A stretch of 63,967 nucleotides of DNA from NCBI GenBank assembly GCA_041661425.1, contig JBAZUI010000005.1, positions 1 through 63,967 of the forward strand. Direction: 5' to 3'. This stretch comes from Patescibacteria group bacterium (lineage in GTDB: Bacteria > Patescibacteriota > Patescibacteriia > UBA9934). Both the position numbers and the translations under genes were made by a program. Below, one piece after another: positions 1 to 7,120 of this stretch; positions within the stretch are counted from its first letter, which is position 1; each line of letters starts with the position of its first letter. Below the pieces are notes generated by a model. The model had not been told where the DNA came from. It did no database searches and worked only from the letters and a program-made list of their open reading frames with translations.

Positions 1-292
1 GAGACAGTTCGGTCTCCTATCTACTATGCACGTCGAAAGTTGCGGGAACTCATCCCTAGTACGAGAGGACCGGGATGAATTGACCTCTGGTGTGCCAGTT
101 GTCCTGCCAAGGGCATCGCTGGGTAGCTATGTCGAGTTCGGATAAGCGCTGAAAGCATCTAAGTGCGAAGCCGATCCCAAGATTAACTTTCATTATGAGA
201 CCCCTAAGAGACTATTAGGTTGATAGGCACTACGTGAAAGCGCGGTAACGCGTGAAGCGGAGGTGTACTAATCGGTCCAGCTCTCCACTCAT
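1..292 (+). rRNA. rrl: 23S rRNA, 3'-terminal ~290 nt (gene continues upstream of the window)
   Basis: Sarcin-ricin loop TAGTACGAGAGGACCGG at 57-73. GCTGAAAGCATCTAAG at 148-163, GGTTGATAGGC, and TACTAAT at 266-272. Colinear with bacterial 23S domain VI. The 3' boundary is approximate. Confidence 0.93.
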
Positions 293-471
293 TGATGATG
301 TTTATTTCGTTCAAAATTACTGCATCTACAGGCTCACGATTTGCGTTCCTCGCTCGCCGTACATTTTGGTACGGCTCGCTCCGGTACGCATTGTTCGCCT
401 GTATCTACAGCAATTTTGGACGAAATAGATCCATCGACTGATTTTCTATCAGTGGTTTCTAATAAAATCAG

Positions 472-592
472 AGGACTTTCACCTTTAGATGCAGAGCGAG
501 GAGAAAACCGAGCAACGAGGAGCCGTACACAGACGTACGGTGACGACGTGCGCAGGTTTTCGACAAAGCTATGCGCTAAAGGTGGAAGTCCT
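472..592 (+). repeat. Structured intergenic repeat, family A, copy in the 23S-5S spacer
   Basis: Outer arms AGGACTTTCACCTTTA / TAAAGGTGGAAGTCCT are complementary. The conserved core TGCAGAGCGAGGAGAAAACCGAGCAACGAGGAGCC ... GGTGACGACGTGCGCAGGTTTTCGACAAAGCTATGCGC is shared with copies at 4665-4783, 51047-51170 and 61004-61156. Confidence 0.85.
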
Positions 593-608
593 AAAGAATC
601 GTTATATT

Positions 609-719
609 GTTCTGGTGGCATTTCCTGCAGGGCAACACCCGTTCCCATCCCGAACACGGCCGTTAAGCCTGCGGGGCCGATGGTAGTCCATTAGGGCGAG
701 AGTAGGTAGTCGCCAGAAC
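609..719 (+). rRNA. rrf: 5S rRNA
   Basis: CCCGTTCCCATCCCGAACACGG, GCCGATGGTAGT and GAGAGTAGG motifs are present. Helix I pairs GTTCTGGTG (609-617) with CGCCAGAAC (711-719). Confidence 0.92.
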
Positions 720-742
720 AATGCAACGATTTTTTGTAAGAA

Positions 743-769
743 GGACGTCTTTATGACGCCCTTTTTTTG
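743..769 (+). terminator. Hairpin plus T-run after the 5S gene
   Basis: GGACGTC..GACGCCC stem followed by TTTTTTT. Confidence 0.5.
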
Positions 770-805
770 TGATAAAATTTGGTTGTTCGTCAATTATCAT
801 TATTT

Positions 806-1855
806 ATGGGAAAAGTTGTTGGAGGGTTTGGAAAACATAATCCCGAAGGACAATCAGAGGAATCGTACGAGCGCGGAGTCGCACGAAAAAGCGTCATTCA
901 ATTTTTAGCGGAGAAACCCCCAGCAGTTTCGCATCGGCTATTTCAAATACTGATTGAAAGAGCCCAAGAGACGCCGGAAGAGGTTGAATTGACGGGATTT
1001 TACAATCGAGTCGTTGATTTTCAAAAATTGCTCGATGAAAAAACATTTGAAGGTTTCGTAAAAACAAAATCAAAGAAATTTAATGATAAAAAAGGAATTC
1101 TGGAAGAAATCGAGGGAGTAACGGATGTCACAAGACAAACCGCTGCAGAAAATTTGTTCCTGGCGTGGGAAAATCTCTATGATGCGCAAGTGCACATTCT
1201 CGATATGGAAGGCATTGATGAAAATCACCCAGAAAGGGAGAGAAAAATTCAAGAAGCAACAAAAAAATGGGATGATCGGACAAAAGTATTTCGAGAACAG
1301 ATCATGAATATCGAGCAAGAACTTCGTCCGGTTATTGCAGCGTATGATCGCTTGGATTGGCAGGTAAAAGATAAGGCGAAACAGTACGGTCTTGATGGTG
1401 CTTTCGAACGTCTAAAATCAAGAATCCCAAGTGCCAAACCAAATATGGAACGCTATGTTCGGGATGTCGAAAAGCTTTTTTCTGATATTGAGCGTCACGA
1501 AAATGAGGCTCGGGTCGCACTTCCTCAACCAACTGAACAGCCAGAAGAGGTTCCTCTCACGCCAGAACAAGAACAGAAGATCGTGGGAGAGGTTCGAAGA
1601 TTAATCACGCAGGGAAAAATTAAAACTCTGAATCGATATTGCGAAGTTAGCGAGGCGATTTTTTGGGAGAATGGGCAATCGATTACAACAGATAATTTTG
1701 AAGGAAATCCCGCAAAGCTCATGAAGGGAAAGACGCGACATGGGGATCATGTTCTTGAAGAGAAGAGTTTATCTCTTGGAAAACTTGTTGTTATCGGAAG
1801 GATTGAACATCCTCGCGATCCACCATTTTTTTATCTTGTTTGGAAGCGAGAGTAG
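806..1855 (+). CDS. Hypothetical E/K-rich protein; sole cargo of the insertion bracketed by 5S 3'-end repeats
   Basis: Long ORF. The first ATG is at 806 (the track ORF starts at TTG 779). The TAG stop (1853-1855) lies inside the second copy of the 5S-derived repeat. No recognisable catalytic motif. Confidence 0.7.
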   Translation: MGKVVGGFGKHNPEGQSEESYERGVARKSVIQFLAEKPPAVSHRLFQILIERAQETPEEVELTGFYNRVVDFQKLLDEKTFEGFVKTKSKKFNDKKGILEEIEGVTDVTRQTAAENLFLAWENLYDAQVHILDMEGIDENHPERERKIQEATKKWDDRTKVFREQIMNIEQELRPVIAAYDRLDWQVKDKAKQYGLDGAFERLKSRIPSAKPNMERYVRDVEKLFSDIERHENEARVALPQPTEQPEEVPLTPEQEQKIVGEVRRLITQGKIKTLNRYCEVSEAIFWENGQSITTDNFEGNPAKLMKGKTRHGDHVLEEKSLSLGKLVVIGRIEHPRDPPFFYLVWKRE

Positions 1856-1887
1856 GTAGTCGCCAGAACAATGCAACGATTTTTTGT
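1846..1887 (+). repeat. Orphan duplicate of the 5S rRNA 3' end plus trailer (identical to 696-737)
   Basis: 42/42 nt identity: GCGAGAGTAGGTAGTCGCCAGAACAATGCAACGATTTTTTGT. The offset between copies is 1150 bp. Confidence 0.95.
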
Positions 1888-1896
1888 TTGGATGAA

Positions 1897-1918
1897 CGTC
1901 AAATTTTGACGCTTTTTA
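1897..1918 (+). terminator. Hairpin plus T-run after the orphan 5S fragment
   Basis: CGTCAA-ATT-TTGACG stem-loop followed by CTTTTTAT. Confidence 0.5.
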
Positions 1919-1946
1919 TCGTCACGAGATGTGCTAAAATGCAAAC

Positions 1947-2381
1947 ATGAAACTCTATCATGGATCAAAAATTGATTTTTCTTCTATCCGGAAGAAGCAG
2001 GCGATGAAGGCCGACCACATTGTGGTTCCTGAGGGTGAATTATTGGATGCTATTTATCTAACGCCTGATTATGGCTTTGCTTTGGCGTGTGGCGCAAGAC
2101 CCGAAGGCGTTACGGACATAGACGACGACCACAAGGCGATAACATTTGAAAATCCCAAGCTTTTTGATCCAGAAGAAAGGGTCTACGTCTACGAAATTGA
2201 TACGGACAAAATTCCCGAGGGGCATATTAGAAAAATCGACGATCGGCAATATGCGATTGTTGATTTTGGAGAAATAGATATAGAGGAAAAACATGTGCAC
2301 AAAGCTGGAGATATTCAAGGATTTTACGAGTTGAAAAATTGGAAGGAAAAGCCGACAGAGATGAATGCTGAGTTAAAATGA
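1947..2381 (+). CDS. Hypothetical protein (N-terminal MKLYHGS motif)
   Basis: 144-aa ORF with ATG start. No confident family assignment. Confidence 0.6.
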   Translation: MKLYHGSKIDFSSIRKKQAMKADHIVVPEGELLDAIYLTPDYGFALACGARPEGVTDIDDDHKAITFENPKLFDPEERVYVYEIDTDKIPEGHIRKIDDRQYAIVDFGEIDIEEKHVHKAGDIQGFYELKNWKEKPTEMNAELK

Positions 2382-2455
2382 AGATAGCTTTTCCATTGGC
2401 ACGGGGTTACGAGTGATTGACTTTCAACGCTTTTTTTAGTATATTGTCGCCAACT

Positions 2456-3205
2456 ATGAATACACGCGTTGTGGTACTCGCCGCTGGGAAGGGAAAACGC
2501 ATGGGAGCAGATTTGCCGAAACCCCTTGTTGAAATCGCAGGAAAACCAATCGTTGAGCACCTTTTGTCGAATATTATTGAAAGCGGTGTTGATCCATTGC
2601 CGATTCTTGTCATTTCTCCGGATGCGACTGAGTTATTCCGTCCAATTTGCGAGAATCATCGGTGTGAATTCGCTTTTCAAGAGGAACAGTTGGGAACCGG
2701 TCATGCCACACGAATGGCAAAAGAATTGTCAGGCGATGCGGATACGATTGTTGTTCTCAATGGTGACCATCCTTTTACTTCACCGGAGGTTATTCAAGAA
2801 TTGGTTGCAATGCGCACAGAACATCATGCGGCCGTTTCCATGATTACGGCGAAAGTCCCAAATTATCAAGGAGATTTTGCGGCATTTCAATCCTGGGGTC
2901 GAATTAAACGCGATACTTCTGGGAACGTTGAAAAGATTGTTGAAGTCAAAGACGCCGGAGAAGAAGAACTCGCGATCAAAGAGGTTAATCCTGCTCTGTA
3001 CGCATTTGACGCTCATTGGCTTTGGGAGCATTTACCTGAATTGCAAAATAAAAACGTGAGTAAGGAATATCATCTAACCGATTTGATTGAGATTGCGATT
3101 GGAGAAGGTGAAGATGTTGTGACAGCTCATGCAGATCCATTTGAAGTGATTGGCATTAACACGCCGGAAGAACTTGAACGCGCAGAACGATTACTTGGAA
3201 AATAA
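2456..3205 (+). CDS. Sugar-1-phosphate nucleotidyltransferase, GlmU N-terminal-domain-like (no acetyltransferase domain)
   Basis: VVLAAGKGKRMG nucleotide-binding motif, and LNGDHPF. ATG at 2456 lies inside track ORF 2417-3205. Confidence 0.8.
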   Translation: MNTRVVVLAAGKGKRMGADLPKPLVEIAGKPIVEHLLSNIIESGVDPLPILVISPDATELFRPICENHRCEFAFQEEQLGTGHATRMAKELSGDADTIVVLNGDHPFTSPEVIQELVAMRTEHHAAVSMITAKVPNYQGDFAAFQSWGRIKRDTSGNVEKIVEVKDAGEEELAIKEVNPALYAFDAHWLWEHLPELQNKNVSKEYHLTDLIEIAIGEGEDVVTAHADPFEVIGINTPEELERAERLLGK

Positions 3206-3207
3206 AG

Positions 3208-3237
3208 AACAGGGCGTGATTGCCCTGTTTTTCTTTT
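3208..3237 (+). terminator. Rho-independent terminator
   Basis: AACAGGGC-GTGATT-GCCCTGTT stem-loop followed by TTTCTTTT. Confidence 0.7.
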
Positions 3238-3256
3238 CTGTTAAAATGAGGTGATT

Positions 3257-4516
3257 ATGCAAGTCATTGCCGATCTTCATGTCCATTCTCGATTTTCTCG
3301 TGCTTGTTCCAAGGAATTGACGCTCGAGAATAATGCTTTGTGGTGCTCAAAAAAAGGCGTTGGGATTTTAGGGACCGGTGACTTTACGCATCCGGCGTGG
3401 TTTAAGGAAATAAAAGAAGAGCTCATCGAGGACGAACCGGGATTATTCCGGCTCAAATCTGGCCATTATCCTGATATTCGTTTTATCCTTTCGACCGAGG
3501 TCTCGCAGATTTATAAGAAGAATGGAAAGACGCGTCGCATCCACAATATTGTTTTTGCGCCTTCGCTCGACGTGGTTGAGAAGATTCACGCCTGGCTCGA
3601 TGATCATCACTTCAATCGTAAAGCAGATGGTCGACCGATTCTTGGCATCGATTCAGAAGTGTTGTTAAAAGCACTCAAAGAAATCGACAAACGTATTTAT
3701 CTCATCCCTGCGCACGCATGGACGCCGTGGTTTTCGGTATTTGGATCATATTCTGGATTTGATTCACTCGAGGAATGCTTTGGTGACATGACAAAAGAAA
3801 TATTTGCGATTGAAACCGGGCTCTCAAGCGATCCGCTCATGAATCGTTCACTTTCGCGTCTCGATCACATCGCACTCATTTCAAATTCCGACGCGCATAG
3901 TCCGCGTAACTTTGGACGTGAAGCAAATGTGTTTGAGATGAAAAAGAAATCATATGATGAATTATTTTCGATTTTAAAATCACGCGATCCGAAAAAGTTT
4001 TTGTCTACGATTGAGTTTTATCCAGAGGAAGGGAAGTATCATGCGGATGGTCATGCGGACTGTGAATTTTGGTGTGAGCCGGAAGAAACGATTCGTCTGG
4101 GCGGTATTTGTCCGAAGTGCAAAAAGCAATTGACCGTTGGCGTGCTCGCACGAGTGAAAAAACTAGCGGATCGTGAACGTCTAAAAATCATGCCGAAGAA
4201 TCAGATCCCGTTCAAATCCATTGTTCCTCTTCAAGAGGTCATTGCCAAGTCTCTTGGGGTTGTGGGGACCGGATCAAAAAAAGTTCAGGCGCAATATGAA
4301 AAGCTGCTTGAACTTGGAAATGAATTTTTTATTCTTCTGGACGCGGATTTGAAGATGATTGGAGAATTTTCTCCCCCAGCTGTTGTTGAATCTATCCGAC
4401 GTATGCGAGCAGGAAAGATGCATATTCGTCCCGGATATGATGGCGTGTATGGGCAGGTAGAATTTTATTTCGAAAACGACCCGCTACCAATTGCGAAACA
4501 AACCTCACTTCTCTAA
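3257..4516 (+). CDS. PHP-family phosphoesterase with Zn-ribbon (COG1379 / EndoQ-like)
   Basis: N-terminal ADLHVHSRFSRA PHP motif, GTGDFTHP, and a CPKC..Zn-ribbon-like CxxC. GAGGTG Shine-Dalgarno 5 nt before ATG 3257. Confidence 0.7.
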   Translation: MQVIADLHVHSRFSRACSKELTLENNALWCSKKGVGILGTGDFTHPAWFKEIKEELIEDEPGLFRLKSGHYPDIRFILSTEVSQIYKKNGKTRRIHNIVFAPSLDVVEKIHAWLDDHHFNRKADGRPILGIDSEVLLKALKEIDKRIYLIPAHAWTPWFSVFGSYSGFDSLEECFGDMTKEIFAIETGLSSDPLMNRSLSRLDHIALISNSDAHSPRNFGREANVFEMKKKSYDELFSILKSRDPKKFLSTIEFYPEEGKYHADGHADCEFWCEPEETIRLGGICPKCKKQLTVGVLARVKKLADRERLKIMPKNQIPFKSIVPLQEVIAKSLGVVGTGSKKVQAQYEKLLELGNEFFILLDADLKMIGEFSPPAVVESIRRMRAGKMHIRPGYDGVYGQVEFYFENDPLPIAKQTSLL

Positions 4517-4518
4517 CA

Positions 4519-4783
4519 CGAAGGACTTTTGTATTTGAGTGCAGAATGAGAAGAGGCAGAGGCTTTTCGCGAGACGAATACAAAACAAGGAGAAGCTTTA
4601 GATTTAGATGCAGCACGAGGAAAAAACCGAGCAACGAGGAGACGTGTGCAGATTTATTTTCGAAGGACTTTTGTATTTGAGTGCAGAACAAGGAGAAAAC
4701 CGAGTAGCAAGGAGCCGTACATAGATGTACGGTGACGAAGCACGGAGGTTTTCGACAAAGTTATGCGCCAAATACAGAAGTCC
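4519..4783 (+). repeat. Nested/tandem array of family A repeats (two truncated units plus one full unit at 4665-4783)
   Basis: CGAAGGACTTTTGTATTTGAGTGCAGAA occurs at 4519 and 4661 (142-bp period). A left-arm-only copy sits at ~4606-4645. Confidence 0.85.
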
Positions 4784-4794
4784 TTAAATAAAAA

Positions 4795-4840
4795 TCCCCG
4801 CTCCTCCACATTGCATCGCTTGAAGGTGGGCGGGGAAATT
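4795..4840 (-). terminator. GC-rich hairpin plus T-run downstream of the small basic-protein gene
   Basis: Minus strand reads CCCCGCCCACC...GGAGGAGCGGGG followed by ATTTTTATTT. Confidence 0.5.
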
Positions 4841-4841
4841 T

Positions 4842-4958
4842 TTATTTGCGGCGCTTTGCAGCTTTGCGCTTTTTTGCAACGTGCTTCTTGGCTACGTGCT
4901 TCTTTGCGCGCTTCGCTGGTTTACGCTTTGCAACTTTGCGTTTCTTTTTTGCTGGCAT
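4842..4958 (-). CDS. 38-aa lysine/arginine/alanine-rich protein (MPAKKKRKVAKRKPAKRAKKHVAKKHVAKKRKAAKRRK)
   Basis: Not in the ORF track because it is under 60 aa. ATG at 4958 is preceded by GGAGG 9 nt upstream. TAA stop at 4844-4842, with a terminator immediately downstream. Confidence 0.55.
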   Translation of the reverse strand: MPAKKKRKVAKRKPAKRAKKHVAKKHVAKKRKAAKRRK

Positions 4959-5125
4959 ATTAATGGAGCCTCCTTTCTGGCATTACTGCCGTGTCATTTC
5001 TTACGATTCGTCGACCACGAATTTTTTTTGTAAGAAATGCATCATGCATCGATGCGTGATGCAATAGTATTATTATACGTCAATTACAAAACAAAAAAAT
5101 AATTTTACAGAAAGTTATGCACAAG

Positions 5126-5160
5126 AGAGAAAAATTCTCCCACATTATTTTTCGTGGGAG
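5126..5160 (-). terminator. Rho-independent terminator after the NUDIX gene
   Basis: Minus strand reads CTCCCAC-GAAAAATAAT-GTGGGAG followed by AATTTTTCTC. Confidence 0.6.
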
Positions 5161-5167
5161 AAAATGA

Positions 5168-5608
5168 TTACATGTACTTTTTGAAATGCTCGGAAAATTT
5201 TGAGAACGTATATTGAAACCCAGTGTGTAAAGGATTTGGTAAACGATCGAGTCGGTGCCAACAGATTTCATCAATTTTTTCCGGTTCATTTATTTTGACT
5301 TCCAGTGGATTCACTTTTACAAAAAATGGAATGACAAGCCAATGAGTTTTTACTCCGTTAGATTCACGAAAAATATCGTGAGCGGGAAGTCGTTCTTGAA
5401 TTTCCCCTTGACATCCGTATTCCTCCAGAACTTCCCGTAAGACATTCTGCTCGATACTTGTCCCAAATTCTAGTTTTCCGGCCCCAGTATCCCAGTGGCC
5501 TTGTTCATCGCGACATTTTTGACTCCGTTTGTGAAAAAGAAAGTTGCCTTCGCTATCATGACAAAAAAATGGTGTGGAGATGCCAATAAAGTCGATGCCG
5601 ATGATCAT
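5168..5608 (-). CDS. NUDIX hydrolase
   Basis: Nudix box GKLEFGTSIEQNVLREVLEEYG (GX5EX7REUXEEXGU). Confidence 0.85.
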   Translation of the reverse strand: MIIGIDFIGISTPFFCHDSEGNFLFHKRSQKCRDEQGHWDTGAGKLEFGTSIEQNVLREVLEEYGCQGEIQERLPAHDIFRESNGVKTHWLVIPFFVKVNPLEVKINEPEKIDEICWHRLDRLPNPLHTGFQYTFSKFSEHFKKYM

Positions 5609-5613
5609 AGAAT

Positions 5614-5633
5614 TGGTGGACTTGAGGGGATTC
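5614..5633 (-). repeat. Orphan copy of the tRNA-Ala 3' end (T-loop to CCA)
   Basis: TGGTGGACTTGAGGGGATTC is identical to 5991-6010. Confidence 0.95.
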
Positions 5634-5990
5634 AGCTTCAGCTCTCGGCTTGCCGTCGCAAGCCTCGGCCCTGCCTACCGGCAGGCAGACTAGCCACCCG
5701 CCTTCGCAAGGCTTCGGCGGGCAGGCCGCCTACAATGGCGGAGTTTATCCACCGAAGCTCCGATTTATCCGTCGTAGCTTTAGCGAAGACGGAAGGAGCG
5801 AAGGAGGAGCGTTCGAATCCCTTCGCAAGCCAAATGGTTGACTTGCGTCTAATTTAATCAATAAATTTCCACGTATTTTGCTTCAGATACAAGGCATGGG
5901 TGGCAGTCGAGGAAACGTACCCAAATGTACGTTGACGAAAACTGACGGGACCCATAACACAGTAGCTTAACAAAATTCGTGGAAATTTCT
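5634..5990 (-). mobile_element. Insert between tRNA-Ala and its displaced 3' end: family B element (5634-5847) plus a family-A-like hairpin (5863-5988)
   Basis: The family B sequence is shared with 63358-63550 and 40810-40930. It abuts the tRNA fragment through the ...CCGAGAGCTGAAGC end (minus strand). Confidence 0.7.
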
Positions 5991-6067
5991 TGGTGGACTT
6001 GAGGGGATTCGAACCCCTGACCTCCTGCTTGCAAAGCAGGCGCTCTAACCAGCTGAGCTACAAGCCC
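5991..6067 (-). tRNA. tRNA-Ala (anticodon TGC), CCA encoded
   Basis: Manual fold: acceptor GGGCTTG/CAAGTCC, anticodon arm CCTGC-TTTGCAA-GCAGG, T-arm AGGGG-TTCGAAT-CCCCT. Confidence 0.95.
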
Positions 6068-6135
6068 GTAGATATTTCGTGGTCGTTATCGTATCGAAAA
6101 AACTCAAATTCGTCAATGAGAAGGGGATCTATTGC

Positions 6136-7113
6136 TTATCGAAGCTTACGCACCTTAATCTCTTGCAAGCGTTTCTTTCCGGGTATTTTTTTAAGGATTC
6201 CTTTTTTTGCCCCGAAATATTGAATCACACTTTGGGCGTTGTGCATGGCGTATCGGAGAGCATCCTCGATAGAATATTCCTCCATGAGAGCGGCGAGAAA
6301 TCCGGAACCGAATGCATCACCCGCGCCTGTGCTTGAAATGACTTTTACAGCTTCTGGTCGTACAAACCAGAGCGCATCATTTTGAAAAGCATACGCTCCA
6401 CGCGGACCATCGGTTATGACGAGCAATAAATCTTTTTGTGCAATCCCACGACAGAGTTTTACCACATCTCGTGATTCGGTATTGAGAAGAAGTTGTGCTT
6501 CTTCTAAATTGATATTCATGATCGTGAGGTTGCGAATAATCGAAGAGAAATTTTCAATGCCTTTTTTTAATTCTTGCGCACCGGGATTGTAGCAGGTTCG
6601 AATATTGTGCGCGACGCAATATCGAATGACTTTTTGCGCAAGCGCAAGATCCCCTCCGAGAGAGGCAATATACATCCAACGCGCTTTCAATTTCTCGAAT
6701 GGGATATCTTTTTCATGGATGTGAGCGCTGGCTCCTCGCCACACCAAAGCAGACCGTTCTCCGTCTGGGGCAGTTAGCAAGACAGAAAATGCCGTCGGTT
6801 CTTGAGGGTCGCGTTTGATGAAGGTTGTTTCAATGTGTTCATTTTTAAGATCGCGAATGATTTCATCGCCAAAATCATCTTTTCCAACGCGGACGATGGC
6901 TCCAGTTTTCATGCCAAGTCGTGCAAAGGTGACGGCCGCATTCGTGGCACCACCTCCAGTTGAGATGACGCATTGATCAAGATCAACTTTTTCTCCCAAC
7001 GGAATACACTCAAATGCTCCAGGCGTCTGAGGATCGGGATCAATACGGGTGAATGCTTTTGAAACAAGAAATGCATCACGGGCTGCGGAACCAAGGGTAA
7101 GAATGTCGTACAT
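6136..7113 (-). CDS. PfkB-family carbohydrate kinase (ribokinase-like)
   Basis: GGGATNAAV and TGAGDAFGSGF motifs. ATG at 7113 lies inside the longer track ORF. Confidence 0.85.
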   Translation of the reverse strand: MYDILTLGSAARDAFLVSKAFTRIDPDPQTPGAFECIPLGEKVDLDQCVISTGGGATNAAVTFARLGMKTGAIVRVGKDDFGDEIIRDLKNEHIETTFIKRDPQEPTAFSVLLTAPDGERSALVWRGASAHIHEKDIPFEKLKARWMYIASLGGDLALAQKVIRYCVAHNIRTCYNPGAQELKKGIENFSSIIRNLTIMNINLEEAQLLLNTESRDVVKLCRGIAQKDLLLVITDGPRGAYAFQNDALWFVRPEAVKVISSTGAGDAFGSGFLAALMEEYSIEDALRYAMHNAQSVIQYFGAKKGILKKIPGKKRLQEIKVRKLR

Positions 7114-7120
7114 ACAAGAT

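Noticed and set aside
334-793. Track ORFs 334-657(-), 341-694(+), 489-686(+) and 602-793(-).
   Set aside because: They lie in the 23S-5S spacer, run through the family A repeat and the 5S gene itself, and have no start context. I treat them as non-coding.
5614-5633. Split, permuted or intron-containing tRNA genes as an explanation for the tRNA 3' fragments at 5614, 40789 and 63337.
   Set aside because: Each fragment has a complete, canonically folding tRNA gene with its own identical 3' end nearby. No matching 5' halves flank the fragments, and the inserts lack group I intron features.
5495-5857. ORFs translated across tRNA-linked repeats: 5495-5857, 5650-5841, 40600-40965, 40634-41248, 40668-40910, 50145-50342, 51199-51423, 63012-63457.
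   Set aside because: They read through families B and C and through tRNA genes or fragments. The same DNA occurs in both orientations and with indels that break the frame between copies, which fits RNA/DNA-structure repeats rather than proteins.
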